Assembly (NCBI GenBank): GCA_038201105.1
Contig: JBBRRH010000001.1
Location: 8,864-72,863, forward strand
Origin: Nitrososphaera sp.
GTDB taxonomy: Archaea > Thermoproteota > Nitrososphaeria > Nitrososphaerales > Nitrososphaeraceae
Direction of reading: 5' to 3'
DNA length: 64,000 bases
Shown: piece by piece, positions 32,226 to 43,807 of the stretch
Layout: each line of letters starts with the position of its first letter
How positions within the stretch are numbered: the stretch's first letter is position 1
Notes under the pieces: model-generated
What the model was told of the DNA's origin: nothing
Database searches by the model: none
Seen by the model: only the letters and a program-made list of their open reading frames with translations
Position numbers and translations under genes: made by a program

Positions 32226-32957
32226 ATGCGTATAGCTTTTATTTTAGAATCCGGTGAGAAAGATTCTACTATGAATCCAAAAGAAGCCTCTATTTCATCT
32301 AGACAAATGTATCAGATTGAAAACAATGGTTATTCCCTCTTAGGAATGCACAAGTCGTACATGATGGAAAATGCAGGACACGGATTGGCCGATTTCATCA
32401 TATCAAAAATGGGAGCTTCTTTGTCAGGGAAGAGCATTGTTTCGTTATGTGGAACAGGAAATAATGGCGGTGACGCAATTGTTGCATCCAGACATCTTGC
32501 AGGGTACTACGGTGCAAAGGTTACAGTAATCATCTTAGGGAATCCAGATGAAATAAGCACTGAAGAATGCAGAGCAAATTGGAACTTGATTAAGAAAATG
32601 AGGTCGATTAGAATCTTCTCCGGAACCAACGCATTGGAGAGCGCTGCAGAAGAAATTTCAAATGGAGACATAATAATAGATGGAATTTTCGGTACGGGGA
32701 TTAAGGGCAATATACGCGATCCACATTCTTCTGCTATTGATATGATCAACAATTCCAAGGGGTATATAGTATCGGTCGACATTCCCTCTGGACTTGACCC
32801 TGATACCGGCATGACTCATGATAAATGTGTAAAGGCTGATGCTACGGTCACCTTCCACAGAATGAAAAATGGTTTAATAGGGAGACAGGAATATACTGGC
32901 CAATTGCACCTGGAAAAGATTGGAATACCGATTGAAGCTGAAGATAATGTCCTTTAA
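32226..32957 (+). CDS. nnrE: NAD(P)H-hydrate epimerase (YjeF_N)
   Basis: MENAG, GTGNNGGD, DGIFGTG, VDIPSG, TVTFH..K.GL. Confidence 0.9.
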   Translation: MRIAFILESGEKDSTMNPKEASISSRQMYQIENNGYSLLGMHKSYMMENAGHGLADFIISKMGASLSGKSIVSLCGTGNNGGDAIVASRHLAGYYGAKVTVIILGNPDEISTEECRANWNLIKKMRSIRIFSGTNALESAAEEISNGDIIIDGIFGTGIKGNIRDPHSSAIDMINNSKGYIVSVDIPSGLDPDTGMTHDKCVKADATVTFHRMKNGLIGRQEYTGQLHLEKIGIPIEAEDNVL

Positions 32958-32972
32958 TCTGGGGGTGGAACC

Positions 32973-33593
32973 ATGAAAATTATTCAACTTCCGGTAGGAC
33001 AAATGGCAAACTTTTGTTACATAATAGCAGATGAGAAGTCTTCGGAGTCTGGAATAGTGGATCCTTCATGGGATCTGGAAAAAATATTTTCGGCATTGAA
33101 AACCAATGGATTGAATGCCAAGTATATCCTAAACACGCATACACATTTTGACCACATACTTGGAAACGAACAGGTAGCCGCTGTGACTGGAGCAAAAATA
33201 ATTCAGCATGAAAATTCTACTTCGTACAAGGACATAACAGTTAAGGACGGCCAAGTTATAACGATTGGAACTATATCCGTTCGAGTTATGTTCACCCCGG
33301 GTCATTCAAACGATAGCATTAGCCTCATAGTTGATGAAGATTCTATACTTAGTGGCGATACCTTGTTTGTCGGCAATTGTGGAAGAACAGACCTTCCTGG
33401 AAGTAATTCTGTGGCAATGTACGATAGTCTGTACAACAAAATCTGGAACTTGAAAGAATCCATGGTACTTTACCCCGGTCATGATTATGGGCCTACTCCC
33501 ACCTCAACCATTTATGCTGAAAAAATGAAAAATCCGGTGTTAGGCTTCAAATCCAAGGATTCATTTTTAAAATATCTTAATAGCGATGATTAG
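32973..33593 (+). CDS. Metallo-beta-lactamase-fold hydrolase (glyoxalase II-like)
   Basis: THTHFDH, TPGHS, GDTLF, PGHDYG. Confidence 0.9.
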   Translation: MKIIQLPVGQMANFCYIIADEKSSESGIVDPSWDLEKIFSALKTNGLNAKYILNTHTHFDHILGNEQVAAVTGAKIIQHENSTSYKDITVKDGQVITIGTISVRVMFTPGHSNDSISLIVDEDSILSGDTLFVGNCGRTDLPGSNSVAMYDSLYNKIWNLKESMVLYPGHDYGPTPTSTIYAEKMKNPVLGFKSKDSFLKYLNSDD

Positions 33594-33595
33594 TT

Positions 33596-34723
33596 GTGTC
33601 TTCAATCCATATTGATGCAAAAAGTTCTGGCCCTCATAAAGCATCCGTAACTGATTTTATCGGTAAAAATCCCATATTTGTGTGCGTCACATCCTATACC
33701 GAGACTAGCCAGATTCCTGGCATTACAATTGCAGGCGCAGATCCTGAATTAATCCCTTGCACCCCTGCTGCCGATGCTGAATTTTTATACTATGGACAAT
33801 GTAAATCTATTTCTGGGGTTCCAGCAACCCCTGATGGCATCCCTACTCCAGCATTGATTACACGGGCAGCGTTACGAAGATCTCGAATACCAATTTTGAT
33901 AGTGGATGCGGGATCGAAAATAAAACCACAATTGCCTGCCATTTCATTCGGCATCAAGTACGGGAGGGATATAAGAAACCAAAGGGCGTTAGAACGGTCC
34001 GATGCTCAGAGAGCATTTGAATTTGGAAAAATGATTGGAATTCAACTTGCCATGTCTAATGATATACTGATCATTGGAGAAAGTATACCTGGCGGTACCA
34101 CAACAGCTTTAGCAGTATTAACGGCTCTAGGCATAGATGCAAAAAATAAGATCAGTAGTAGCATGTCGGTAAATCCACACGAATTAAAAAATGAAGTTGT
34201 TTCTAGTGCTATGCGTGGGTTAGAAGACCGTATTTTGCAACTGCGTAATGATCCCATAGATTTGGTATCCAGGATAGGAGATCCTATGATACCTTCGGTA
34301 GCAGGAATTGCAAGTGGTGCAATATCTCAAAAAACAAGAGTCATGCTTGCAGGAGGCACACAAATGACAGCTGTATTATGTTTGTTGAAAGCCATGCAAA
34401 TACCGCTAGACGGGATATGTATTGGCACTACATCCTACGTCAAAAATGACAAATCGTCCGATATCTTGGAGCTAGTCAGATCTATCTGTGAAAATGTTCC
34501 TATTCTGTCTGTTGAATTAGGTTTGAAGTTCTCCAGAAAGGAAGGACTAAGAATGTATAACAGCGGAGTTGTAAAGGAAGGCGTTGGGGCTGGTGGAGCT
34601 GCAATAACATCAATTTTAAAATCCAAGGGGAATTTAAACTCCACCTCATTATTGCATTCTATTGAAATTGAATATGAAATTAGTATCGAAAGTCAAAGAG
34701 TTGGAAGTCTTCAAAATCGTTAA
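33596..34723 (+). CDS. cobT: Nicotinate-nucleotide--dimethylbenzimidazole phosphoribosyltransferase (archaeal CobT)
   Basis: IPGITIAG, TPAADAE, GESIPGGTTTA, LAGGTQM, KEGVGAGG. Confidence 0.9.
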   Translation: MSSIHIDAKSSGPHKASVTDFIGKNPIFVCVTSYTETSQIPGITIAGADPELIPCTPAADAEFLYYGQCKSISGVPATPDGIPTPALITRAALRRSRIPILIVDAGSKIKPQLPAISFGIKYGRDIRNQRALERSDAQRAFEFGKMIGIQLAMSNDILIIGESIPGGTTTALAVLTALGIDAKNKISSSMSVNPHELKNEVVSSAMRGLEDRILQLRNDPIDLVSRIGDPMIPSVAGIASGAISQKTRVMLAGGTQMTAVLCLLKAMQIPLDGICIGTTSYVKNDKSSDILELVRSICENVPILSVELGLKFSRKEGLRMYNSGVVKEGVGAGGAAITSILKSKGNLNSTSLLHSIEIEYEISIESQRVGSLQNR

Positions 34724-35464
34724 GTAAAACATCATGTGTTTTTGAATCTTCATGGTACTTCTTTTTTTTTAGTAACCAAAAAAAATGAACTGATTTTCCC
34801 TTAACATGGCCTGATGCCCTAGATCAAGTCCTAAAATTAAGAAATTTGCAATTTGGTTTGAGATATTCCACAATTAATGCGATTCTTTCTTTACAATGAC
34901 AAGATGCTAAAAAAATTCTCGGTTACCTTATCGAATTTGATCTCTATAACATGTTCCTCTTTGTTTTCATACTAGATTCCTTATCAAACGATACATTAAA
35001 GGGTAATATCGATTAACTAAAGCTGTGGTAGCCTCACAATCACAGAGAGGCAACATGCGTCCGAATGTCGACCAAATAATAGAGCTGTTAAAATAAAGTA
35101 AACACGATGAAACTCGAGTGTAAGAATGACATTAGAGGAGCATTATCTCGGATCAGAGGCGATATTGAAAGTAAGGTATAGGAAATTTAGTTCCGGCTCT
35201 AAGTAACGTACCTACCTTTAACGTCTCACATAATACTTATACATTCTTTACACAACATCAACTGGTACCCTCAAGCATGAATGCTGCTTTCCAAGATTGA
35301 TAAACTTTCCTATATGTTAAAGGTGAATATTATACCATTAGGTAGACCAAGGTAAGTGGTATTCGCTAAGATACCTGTGATTCACAATTAAGATGTGAAT
35401 TGAATAATAGATAGAATATTATTTTGACATGAAATATATGGTCCCACTATGGTAAATATAGATC

Positions 35465-37228
35465 CTACTTCACAGTCACAGATTTTGCCAAATTACGTGG
35501 ATAATCGGGGTCTGCATTGTTGTAGAGAGCTAGATGGTAGACCAATATCTGTAGTGGTATCACTACAACCAATGGTAACAATGATTCTTTGACATAGGGT
35601 ATAGAGATACAATAATCATATATTGGATCTTGCTTATTTGATATACCGATTAGTTTCGCGCCTCTCGATTTAATCACATTCGCATTGGAAAGAGTATCGA
35701 CGTATGTCGAGTCAAAAGGATTCAAAATGATAACTAGGCTATTCGTGTCGATTATTGCTAGGGGGCCGTGTTTCAGTTCTCCAGCTGCCATTCCCTCTGC
35801 GTGAATATACGCAAGTTCTTTGATCTTCAAGGCACCTTCAAGACAAATGGGGAAGTGTATTGAGCGGCCTAGGATGTAAATGTCCTTTACGTCTTTAACG
35901 TGCGCGGCTATCTCTGCAATCTTTGTTTCCAATTGTAGAGTTTTTTCAATCGCATTCGACAGTTCTCTCCCTTCAGTTGAAATACCTGTCAAGTTACCAC
36001 CGACACGGTCAGCTATATAATAAATTATTGATAACTGGCTTGTAAAGCTCTTAGTGGCAGCCACACCTATCTCAGGCCCGCATTTTACTTCTAAAAAACA
36101 ATCGCTAAGTCTGGCAAGAGAAGACGTAGAAACATTCACGATTGAAAGCACTCTAGCCCCTTTCTCTTTTGCTGATTTAACCGACTGTAGGACATCGGCA
36201 GTTTCACCACTTTGAGAGATAGCAATGAGAACTGAATTTTTATCGAGTAATTCAGAAGAATATTGGAATTCACTTGACATGATTGACTCTACACGAATCT
36301 TTGAGTATCTAGACAGGATGTGTTTAGCTAATAATGCCGAATGATAACTAGTGCCACTACCTGTAATGAATACATCTTCTGCCTTTGCAAGGATATCACA
36401 AAATGTTTCTAGATTTGGTTTCGTTTGATGGATACTTGTGAAAATTGTCTGGCTCTGTTCATAGATTTCCTTCAGAGTAAAATGTGTGTATCGTCCTTTA
36501 TCAACAGACCCCAGTTCCCATGCAACTTGAGTTGGGGTCCGGTTTACTTTATCGCCATCAAAGTTATTTAGAGAGATATTGTTCCCCTCTAACATTACTA
36601 TATCTCTGTTGTCTAAGAATATAGCGCGATCCGTGTAATCTAGAAAACCCAATACGTCACTGGAAATGAAATAGCCATCGGGCTTGATTCCAATTATTAG
36701 CGGCTCATCGTATCTTGCGCCACACAGTGTTGAATCTTCAAATATGGCAACAAAAGCAAATGAACCCAGTAATCGGTTCATATGAATCATCGCCTCTTTA
36801 ATGTCATTCTTTAATGACCAATAGTGTTCTAAGAGGTGCGCTATAACATCGCTATCAGTCTGGCTCTTGAATACATGACCATCTTTTAACAAGCAATCTC
36901 TTAATTCATGATAGTTTTCTATTACGCCATTATGTACTACAGCCACATTGGCTGAACAAGCAGAATGTGGGTGGGCATTCAGGTCTGTAACTCCTCCATG
37001 GGTGGCCCATCTTGTATGACCTATACCTAATAGTCCTGGCATCTCCTTTAATGCCAGTGATGCATTTACTTCTGCAACTTTGCCTATCCCTTTTCTTATA
37101 AGCAATTTTCCATTGTTCAGGGTGGCTATTCCTACACTATCATACCCTCTGTATTCCATTTTTTGTAGTCCGTCAACCAATATAGGAGCGACCTCTCCTA
37201 TCCCTGAATATCCTATTATTGAACACAT
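35465..37228 (-). CDS. glmS: Glutamine--fructose-6-phosphate transaminase
   Basis: MCSIIG, EYRGYDS, GHTRWATHG, SQSGETAD, ELKHGP, PRNLAKSVTVK. Confidence 0.98.
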   Translation of the reverse strand: MCSIIGYSGIGEVAPILVDGLQKMEYRGYDSVGIATLNNGKLLIRKGIGKVAEVNASLALKEMPGLLGIGHTRWATHGGVTDLNAHPHSACSANVAVVHNGVIENYHELRDCLLKDGHVFKSQTDSDVIAHLLEHYWSLKNDIKEAMIHMNRLLGSFAFVAIFEDSTLCGARYDEPLIIGIKPDGYFISSDVLGFLDYTDRAIFLDNRDIVMLEGNNISLNNFDGDKVNRTPTQVAWELGSVDKGRYTHFTLKEIYEQSQTIFTSIHQTKPNLETFCDILAKAEDVFITGSGTSYHSALLAKHILSRYSKIRVESIMSSEFQYSSELLDKNSVLIAISQSGETADVLQSVKSAKEKGARVLSIVNVSTSSLARLSDCFLEVKCGPEIGVAATKSFTSQLSIIYYIADRVGGNLTGISTEGRELSNAIEKTLQLETKIAEIAAHVKDVKDIYILGRSIHFPICLEGALKIKELAYIHAEGMAAGELKHGPLAIIDTNSLVIILNPFDSTYVDTLSNANVIKSRGAKLIGISNKQDPIYDYCISIPYVKESLLPLVVVIPLQILVYHLALYNNADPDYPRNLAKSVTVK

Positions 37229-37419
37229 GTTAAGACGCAGATTTTCGACAATTCTGGCTTAAAATACTTATGAAGATAGATTCTAACCACTACAAAATTC
37301 ATTATAAGTTTTACATACACGCATTGGGAATAGGTAAGAAGGAATTTGTTTCGAAGCTTATAAATTTACATATAGCGGACAAAATCCATATATAATCTTC
37401 GCTGGCAAGAACAGTCCGT

Positions 37420-38387
37420 TTGGATAGAAAAAACCTCGTCTACGATGGCGATCACCAATCCTTGACAAAGGAAATAGGAGTTCTTGAAAAGGCCAGTCAT
37501 ATGAGAATACTTTCAAATCCGGTGGCGTGGAGGATACTAAATTTGCTCTCTAGAGAGCCGTTATATCCAGCTCAGATAGCCAAGGAACTAAAGATATACG
37601 AACAAAGCGCCTATTACTACATCCGAAAACTACTCTCTATTGGTGCTATCACTCATGTCGAAACATCAATGGTCCGTGGTGGCACTGCGAAATTTTACAG
37701 AACATCATGTGCGGCATTTGGTTTGGAAATGGATTGGGGTGAGGAACGAATTGAAGGCAAGAGAAAGCAAACAAAATATCACAAAGTCCAGTTATTCTTT
37801 GAGGATTTCATTAAAGATGGTTCATTTAACGGACTAATAGTGGTAGGTGCCCCGGATCCCCATAGACCATATAGATCTTCCTCAAGAGATGGTCATTATG
37901 CTATTCATCTCGCCTTTCTATTAGGAACGTTTTGTGGCATTCCCCGTAACTTTTCAGTCAAATTAGATGCCGACGCAAAAGCTGAAAAAGTTACAACAGC
38001 AGAGAACATCATAACAATAGGGGGGCTGGTACTAACATAATAACGGCAGAATTTAACCGCTTCCTCCCAATCCGCTTTAACGAAAATAATTTTTGGTCTG
38101 GCTTGACTAGCCCTAGCGGAAAATCTTATACTCTGGATAATCACGGACTAATTGCAAAAATTAGAAACCCTTTCAATGATAAGAGCAATGTTATCGTCTT
38201 GGCTGGAGTAAGATCAGTTGGCACCAAATCTTCCATCATTGGCCTCACAAATTATGCTGACGGTATTCTTAGAAATTATAAGAAAGACCTGAACTGGGCT
38301 TTGGTAGTTCAAGGCTTTGACATGGACTCCGATGGCAAGATCGATAATGTGGATATATTGGATGAAGTTTTTCTTCCAATTCCTTAA
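37420..38387 (+). pseudogene. ArsR-type HTH regulator with C-terminal alpha/beta domain, split by a frameshift at a G6 run (or a sequencing error)
   Basis: ORF 37420-38040 ends ITIGGLVLT*; one added base at 38020-38026 gives GG(P/A)GTNIITAEFNRFLPIRF..., in frame with ORF 38103-38387. Confidence 0.75.
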
Positions 38388-38427
38388 CGACCTTATGGCA
38401 ACTATGTAATAAGTGGACTTTTTTACG

Positions 38428-38922
38428 CTATTCTTTGGCTATTTGTGGAACTTCCAAATGAACCAGTATTTGGGGCTCTTCTTCACGCTTTACCAAATAT
38501 CCAGGTAGATTCACTTTTCTGTTCCCAACTGATACGAATCCGTGGACAACCACCTGCCTTGCTTGCAGAGGGGACTTTATTGCCATCTTTTTCATAATAA
38601 TTGTCTGAAGCCTCCTCTCAAGAATATCTTCGATCTTGAGATTTAGAACGTCATCAAGGGTGGCAGAATCCTTAACCAATGCAAGTCGGTTCAAAAAAGA
38701 CAGCAAGTTGGATTCTTTGCCATGCCTATCTTCAGTAGTCAATGCGAGAAGAGTTCTGGCCTGATTTCGAAAGTTAGCCACCTTTGTTTGGGCTTTCCAT
38801 AATTCTTTCTTATTTCTCAGGCCATAGGAACCAACTACATAGAGCTCCGAACTAAGCTGATCTGAGGTCCAGATACGTCTCGGACGCCTATAGCTTTTTT
38901 TAGGTTTTTTTGGATCTCCCAT
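38428..38922 (-). CDS. rps4: 30S ribosomal protein S4 (uS4)
   Basis: MGDPKKPKK.Y.RP, YGLRNKKELW, ERRLQT, ARQ.VVHG. Confidence 0.97.
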   Translation of the reverse strand: MGDPKKPKKSYRRPRRIWTSDQLSSELYVVGSYGLRNKKELWKAQTKVANFRNQARTLLALTTEDRHGKESNLLSFLNRLALVKDSATLDDVLNLKIEDILERRLQTIIMKKMAIKSPLQARQVVVHGFVSVGNRKVNLPGYLVKREEEPQILVHLEVPQIAKE

Positions 38923-38934
38923 TCTAAACCACGA

Positions 38935-39489
38935 CTATTTTGATGGCTCCACTTTTTCAGACGCAGCTTTTGGTGCACTTGTTCCGCTCACAGGAGGCGT
39001 TTCTTTTGCGGGAGCGCCAGGTGCACCGGCAGGACCAGGCTTAGGCAATTTCTTTACTCCAACAGCTCCGGCCTTTCTACCAGAAGTTCGGGTACACTGT
39101 CCTCTAACTTTCAGTCCAAACATATGTCTGTAACCTCTCCAACTATACACTGTCTTTTCTCTTTCAATATCATTGGATATAGTAAAGTCAAGATCTGAGG
39201 TCAGAAGGTGTGTGTCCAAGCCCGTATCCATGTTTTTACGCCTATTGAGATAGAAGCTTGGAACACCAATTTGTGCGGGATTCCTAATAGCTGTTTCAAT
39301 GTCTGATATTTCTCTCTCGCTCAAGAACCCAACTCTCATATTTGGGTTAATGTTTAACGATTGAACTATCACCTGAGAAAGATTATAACCTAAACCTCTA
39401 ACTTGACTTAAAGCAACAATTAATTTCTTACCACCCTCGATATCCTTGCCTGCAATTCTAAGGATATGTTTATACTCGGCTACCGACAA
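38935..39489 (-). CDS. rps13: 30S ribosomal protein S13 (uS13)
   Basis: RIAGKDI, NRRK, WRGYRH.FGLKVRGQ.TRT.GR; Pro/Ala-rich tail. Confidence 0.97.
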   Translation of the reverse strand: MSVAEYKHILRIAGKDIEGGKKLIVALSQVRGLGYNLSQVIVQSLNINPNMRVGFLSEREISDIETAIRNPAQIGVPSFYLNRRKNMDTGLDTHLLTSDLDFTISNDIEREKTVYSWRGYRHMFGLKVRGQCTRTSGRKAGAVGVKKLPKPGPAGAPGAPAKETPPVSGTSAPKAASEKVEPSK

Positions 39490-39899
39490 CGGTGCAATAA
39501 ACTAATATTCCGCAATAAAAACCATGCTGGCATCATTTATCTTGAATGTGTTTGTGATGTTGACTGGATCATCCTAACAACTAGCGAAAAAGTAATGACT
39601 TTGGTAGAACACCATAACCTCAGTTAATACCGAAGGTTCTATATTGTTTCTAACGATTAAGGTATCAATATGATGGGAAATGGAATTTATTTTATATTAG
39701 ATCATTCTACCAACGAAACAAGCTAAATAATACGATAATTGTAGATGTATTGACCTCAAGACCAACGTTTAATTTGGACTCGCACAAAAATTGTTACTAA
39801 TAATAAATATAAAACTGGAAGCATGAAGATGCTTAAGAAGCATTATTTTGAAATAGATGTTTGAAACCTTTAAATTTGCAAACCAAGAGAGATGCATGA

Positions 39900-41564
39900 A
39901 TGATTTCTGACGATTTTTATGAGATTGTTCATAAGAGTTATTCATCGAATCCAAATTACACCTCGTCAAGTCCGGGTCTACCAGAAAATTACCATGACAT
40001 TAAGACTCTTGGCGACCTATTAGGAATTAATTACAAGCATTTTGCAGTGGAGGAACAGCTTCGTAATAATTTAATAAGCAAACTAAAAAGCGGGGAGGCT
40101 CCCTACCCTGGAATTATAGGATATGATAATGAAGTAGTTCCTTCCTTAAATAGAGCTATACTCTCTGGGCACGATATCCTTTTAGTAGGACAGATAGGGC
40201 AAGCCAAGACGAAAATAGCTGAAACTATCGCGCAGAGTTTATTATCACCTATTCCTGTTGTCAGGGGAACAATTACTAATGATGTTCCGACTTTAATTCC
40301 TGAGCCTGAATTGGTTGCTTTACTCGGTGATAAAGATGTAATTCGAACTAAGCCAGAATTTTCTGTGTCTATTGAATGTGAAAACATTATTAGAAACAAC
40401 AAGCTTGACACCAAAATCGATTGGATTGACGGTCATTCCAGGTTTAAATATATATTGGCTACACCCGACATTTCGGTAAAAGATCTGGTGGGACAAATTG
40501 ATGCAATTAAGATCGCCAAAAGAGGAGTCGAGATTTATAGCATGGAATCATATTCTCCAGGCCAGCTTCTCCAGGCCAGACATGGGATACTATGCATAGA
40601 CGAGATTCCCGTATTGGATCCCAGGAAACAGGTAGCATTACTGAGTGTTCTTCAAGAAGGTAAATTCACAACAGGATCTTATCCGGTTGAATTTAGACCG
40701 GATGCAAAAATCATAGCTACCGCAAATCCTGTCGATTATACACATTCGGGAAAAATTATTGAACCGCTGTATGACAGACTTCGAAGTCACATAACTACAC
40801 ATTATCCTAGAACTCCTTTAGATGAAATGTTGATTATAGTGCAAGAGTCACGGGTCTTTGATCTAACCAATGTGTTCGTTCCATTCTATATTCTGCAAAC
40901 CCTTTCCGAAATTTCACACATATCACGTGCGCACCCAGAAATCAATCATGACAAAGGAGTGAGCGTGAGGATGTCTATACATTCCTTTGAGATAGTAGTA
41001 TCTGAGGCTGAAAGGACACGGGGATTTCTCTACGCCGCTAGGGTAATTCCCAGATTCAGTGACCTTCATTGTATCCATCAGACGGCAAAGTTCGAGCTAG
41101 CTGAGATTGATGATACATTTGAAAATAGAAAAAAGATATTGGATTCCATCATCTTAGAGGCAATAAAGAAGATTTCTACATCGTATCTTACAGATATTCA
41201 GCCTGAAAAACTTCTGAGATTAAAGGATGAATTCAAGGATGGTAGAAATTTTCAAGCCTCGCAAGACATTCCGGGAGGATATAATGCATCTATCCAAAGT
41301 TATGAATTGCAAATGGAAAAATTTCCAGTATTAAAAGAGATCGTGGGAATAGTGTCAAGAAAAGTTTTTGAAGAACAAAAACGGTTTGAGGAAAACGCAA
41401 AAAAACATCGAATAGAAATGCCATATATCTCCACAGGCAAACAGAACGATTCAGAATTTACTGCATCTGTGGCAGAATTGGTTTTGGAAGGCCTCAGATT
41501 CATAGATCCACCGTTAATAGAACGAAAGGACGGATTGTATGTCAGCTCCAGCGTCAGCGTTTAA
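39900..41564 (+). CDS. ChlI/MoxR-like AAA+ ATPase
   Basis: Variant Walker A GQIGQAKT, Walker B LCIDE, ATANP, DRLRSH, SVRMSI. Confidence 0.82.
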   Translation: MISDDFYEIVHKSYSSNPNYTSSSPGLPENYHDIKTLGDLLGINYKHFAVEEQLRNNLISKLKSGEAPYPGIIGYDNEVVPSLNRAILSGHDILLVGQIGQAKTKIAETIAQSLLSPIPVVRGTITNDVPTLIPEPELVALLGDKDVIRTKPEFSVSIECENIIRNNKLDTKIDWIDGHSRFKYILATPDISVKDLVGQIDAIKIAKRGVEIYSMESYSPGQLLQARHGILCIDEIPVLDPRKQVALLSVLQEGKFTTGSYPVEFRPDAKIIATANPVDYTHSGKIIEPLYDRLRSHITTHYPRTPLDEMLIIVQESRVFDLTNVFVPFYILQTLSEISHISRAHPEINHDKGVSVRMSIHSFEIVVSEAERTRGFLYAARVIPRFSDLHCIHQTAKFELAEIDDTFENRKKILDSIILEAIKKISTSYLTDIQPEKLLRLKDEFKDGRNFQASQDIPGGYNASIQSYELQMEKFPVLKEIVGIVSRKVFEEQKRFEENAKKHRIEMPYISTGKQNDSEFTASVAELVLEGLRFIDPPLIERKDGLYVSSSVSV

Positions 41565-42951
41565 CCCCGAGGAAAGTATCAAAAGATTCACCTATTTCGG
41601 CATCAGTAAATTATTGAAAGAATCAGAATACGGTAATAATTACGATAGTAAGGGATCACAAGATTCTATTCCCAACAATTTGCTGAACAAATACTTGGAA
41701 TTAATTGGTCGAGAGATAATGAGAGATGAAGCACCCAGCCTTGATGATATTGAAACAAAGCTACAGGCTACAAGGGAGCAAATGGGATATTCAGACAATG
41801 GTCGAACAAATGCAAACGAAAAGTACAATGATTCAACAATAGATGCTAGTCAAACCTCTGTATCCATAATCGCAGAGCTTGAGCGTAGGGGATATTTGAA
41901 GGATTCCAGTAAATGGCTGAGTAAAAAAGGATTTCTAGCAGTAGGAGGAAGGTTACTTCATGACGTAATGAAGGCACTGAAAAATGCAGATTCTGGTATG
42001 CATGAAACCACACATGTTGGAAGTGGTTCGTTACTCTTCGATACCACTAAAAAGTATGAGGCTGGAAACGACATCAGACTCCTAAATGTACCGAAGAGCA
42101 TGTTGAATGCAATAGAGAGAATGTCTAAAACAAAACAGAAGATCTCCATCCCTGTGGAAATTACGATAGATGACCTAGAAGAATACGAAACGAAACAAGA
42201 CGTTAGAATGTCTGTTGTATATTGTATCGACCTTAGTTCTACAATGAGATATTCTACGATGTATGGAGACATGAGCAGAATTGAAGCAGCAAAACGTGCT
42301 TTATGGAGTTTGTATTTTCTAAACCAAAAATACTTTTCATCTGATTCAATTTACATAATTGGATTTGGGGCCTTAGCTTCAAAAGTCTCCCCATTTGATA
42401 TACCATATCTTAAGACGTTTGAACCCGGGTCAGATTTCTTACACTACACAAATTATCAGGCCGCTTTTAGATTAGCGAGAAAGGTACTCCAAAAAGACGG
42501 ATCAGCTAACAAACGAATAGTAATGGTCACTGATGGACATCCTAGTGCCTGCTTTGTCGATTCCCCTGATGAAAGAGAAAAAATATTGTCCCAAAGACCA
42601 TATTCTCAATTTTATGCTCCTGAAACAAAGACACTAAATGCAATAAAGAAAAATCTGGACATGGTGCTTGATACATCTTCTGGCAGAACAGTATATCTGT
42701 GCTATCGGTACAGACAAGTTGATCAGTACATTGGAGAAAAAACGATTCTAGAGGCGAGGAAGTGCCGTAACACAGGCATTGAAATTGACACCATCATGAT
42801 CAGCGAAGAAGATTCTCTGCTGAGCTATGTTAACGAATTAGAGAGATTAGTCAAAGGCCGCTCTTACTACATTAACCCTGCAGACATTGACAAAATACTG
42901 CTCACTGACTACTTAAATAACAAGAAAATCATCCTATCCTCACATACATAG
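41539..42951 (+). CDS. vWA-domain protein
   Basis: CIDLSSTM, TNYQAA, VTDGHP (MIDAS-like); overlaps the upstream AAA gene. Confidence 0.82.
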   Translation: MSAPASAFNPEESIKRFTYFGISKLLKESEYGNNYDSKGSQDSIPNNLLNKYLELIGREIMRDEAPSLDDIETKLQATREQMGYSDNGRTNANEKYNDSTIDASQTSVSIIAELERRGYLKDSSKWLSKKGFLAVGGRLLHDVMKALKNADSGMHETTHVGSGSLLFDTTKKYEAGNDIRLLNVPKSMLNAIERMSKTKQKISIPVEITIDDLEEYETKQDVRMSVVYCIDLSSTMRYSTMYGDMSRIEAAKRALWSLYFLNQKYFSSDSIYIIGFGALASKVSPFDIPYLKTFEPGSDFLHYTNYQAAFRLARKVLQKDGSANKRIVMVTDGHPSACFVDSPDEREKILSQRPYSQFYAPETKTLNAIKKNLDMVLDTSSGRTVYLCYRYRQVDQYIGEKTILEARKCRNTGIEIDTIMISEEDSLLSYVNELERLVKGRSYYINPADIDKILLTDYLNNKKIILSSHT

Positions 42952-42996
42952 TTTATACCATTAGTTTTTATTTACAACACGAGGAACTGAATTACG

Positions 42997-43806
42997 ATGA
43001 TGGCCAATACAGATATGATTTACTTGGATTGGAATAACTCATTTAACATATTAAGGAAGGCTCACAAAGCTTCCTTATTTGTACTTATAATTGGTCCTAA
43101 AGGAACAGGGAAGACTAGTCTTGTTAGGAAATTCACATCGGATCTCCACAAAGAGCTTCATTCTGTTAACTTCAGTCTTCGAACAAGGGAATCTCATTTA
43201 GTTGGCTCTAAAACAATGAATCAAGGGGAGATCAGTTTTGTAGAAGGGATATTGATCAAATCAATGAAAAATGGTGGAATTCTTTATTTGGATGAATTAA
43301 ACGCTGCTGAAGCTGATGTCCTCTTACGCCTTGATGAGGCACTCGATGACAGACGTCAAATCATTTTGAAAGAGGCGGAGGGACAAGTAATAAAGGCCGC
43401 CCAGGATTGGTTTGTTATTGCAACGATAAATCCATTGTCCCACGCAGGCACTAAAGAACTTCCACCCCAGATATTGAGTCGGTTTCCTGTCAGAATAAGA
43501 TTGGACTATCCCCCGAAAGATATCGAAATGCAAATTGTAAAAAATCATGTTAATGTTACTACTCTCGAAGAAAGAGAGCTGGAACGTGCGTTCAAGTTGG
43601 CAAACGGTTTAAGAGAAGCTGCTTCTCTTGAAGAGCTTTACTATAGTCCCAGCCTTAGGGAATCAATTGCTTTTGCAAAGCTCATAAGAGAAGGTGTTGC
43701 AGCAAAGGAAGCAGCAGAGGTAATATATGCTAATGTTTATGAGCAGTGGGGCGAGGTTGAATATAGGAAAGTCATGGACATGATAACCTCCATATTCGCT
43801 TCCTGA
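42997..43806 (+). CDS. CbbQ/NirQ/NorQ (MoxR) family AAA+ ATPase
   Basis: GPKGTGKT, LYLDELN, ATINP, SRFPV, SPSLRE. Confidence 0.88.
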   Translation: MMANTDMIYLDWNNSFNILRKAHKASLFVLIIGPKGTGKTSLVRKFTSDLHKELHSVNFSLRTRESHLVGSKTMNQGEISFVEGILIKSMKNGGILYLDELNAAEADVLLRLDEALDDRRQIILKEAEGQVIKAAQDWFVIATINPLSHAGTKELPPQILSRFPVRIRLDYPPKDIEMQIVKNHVNVTTLEERELERAFKLANGLREAASLEELYYSPSLRESIAFAKLIREGVAAKEAAEVIYANVYEQWGEVEYRKVMDMITSIFAS

Positions 43807-43807
43807 A

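Noticed and set aside
34724-35464. Possible ncRNA in the 740-bp cobT-glmS spacer
   Set aside because: Only poly-T/poly-A tracts and very short ORFs; no stable structure seen by eye.
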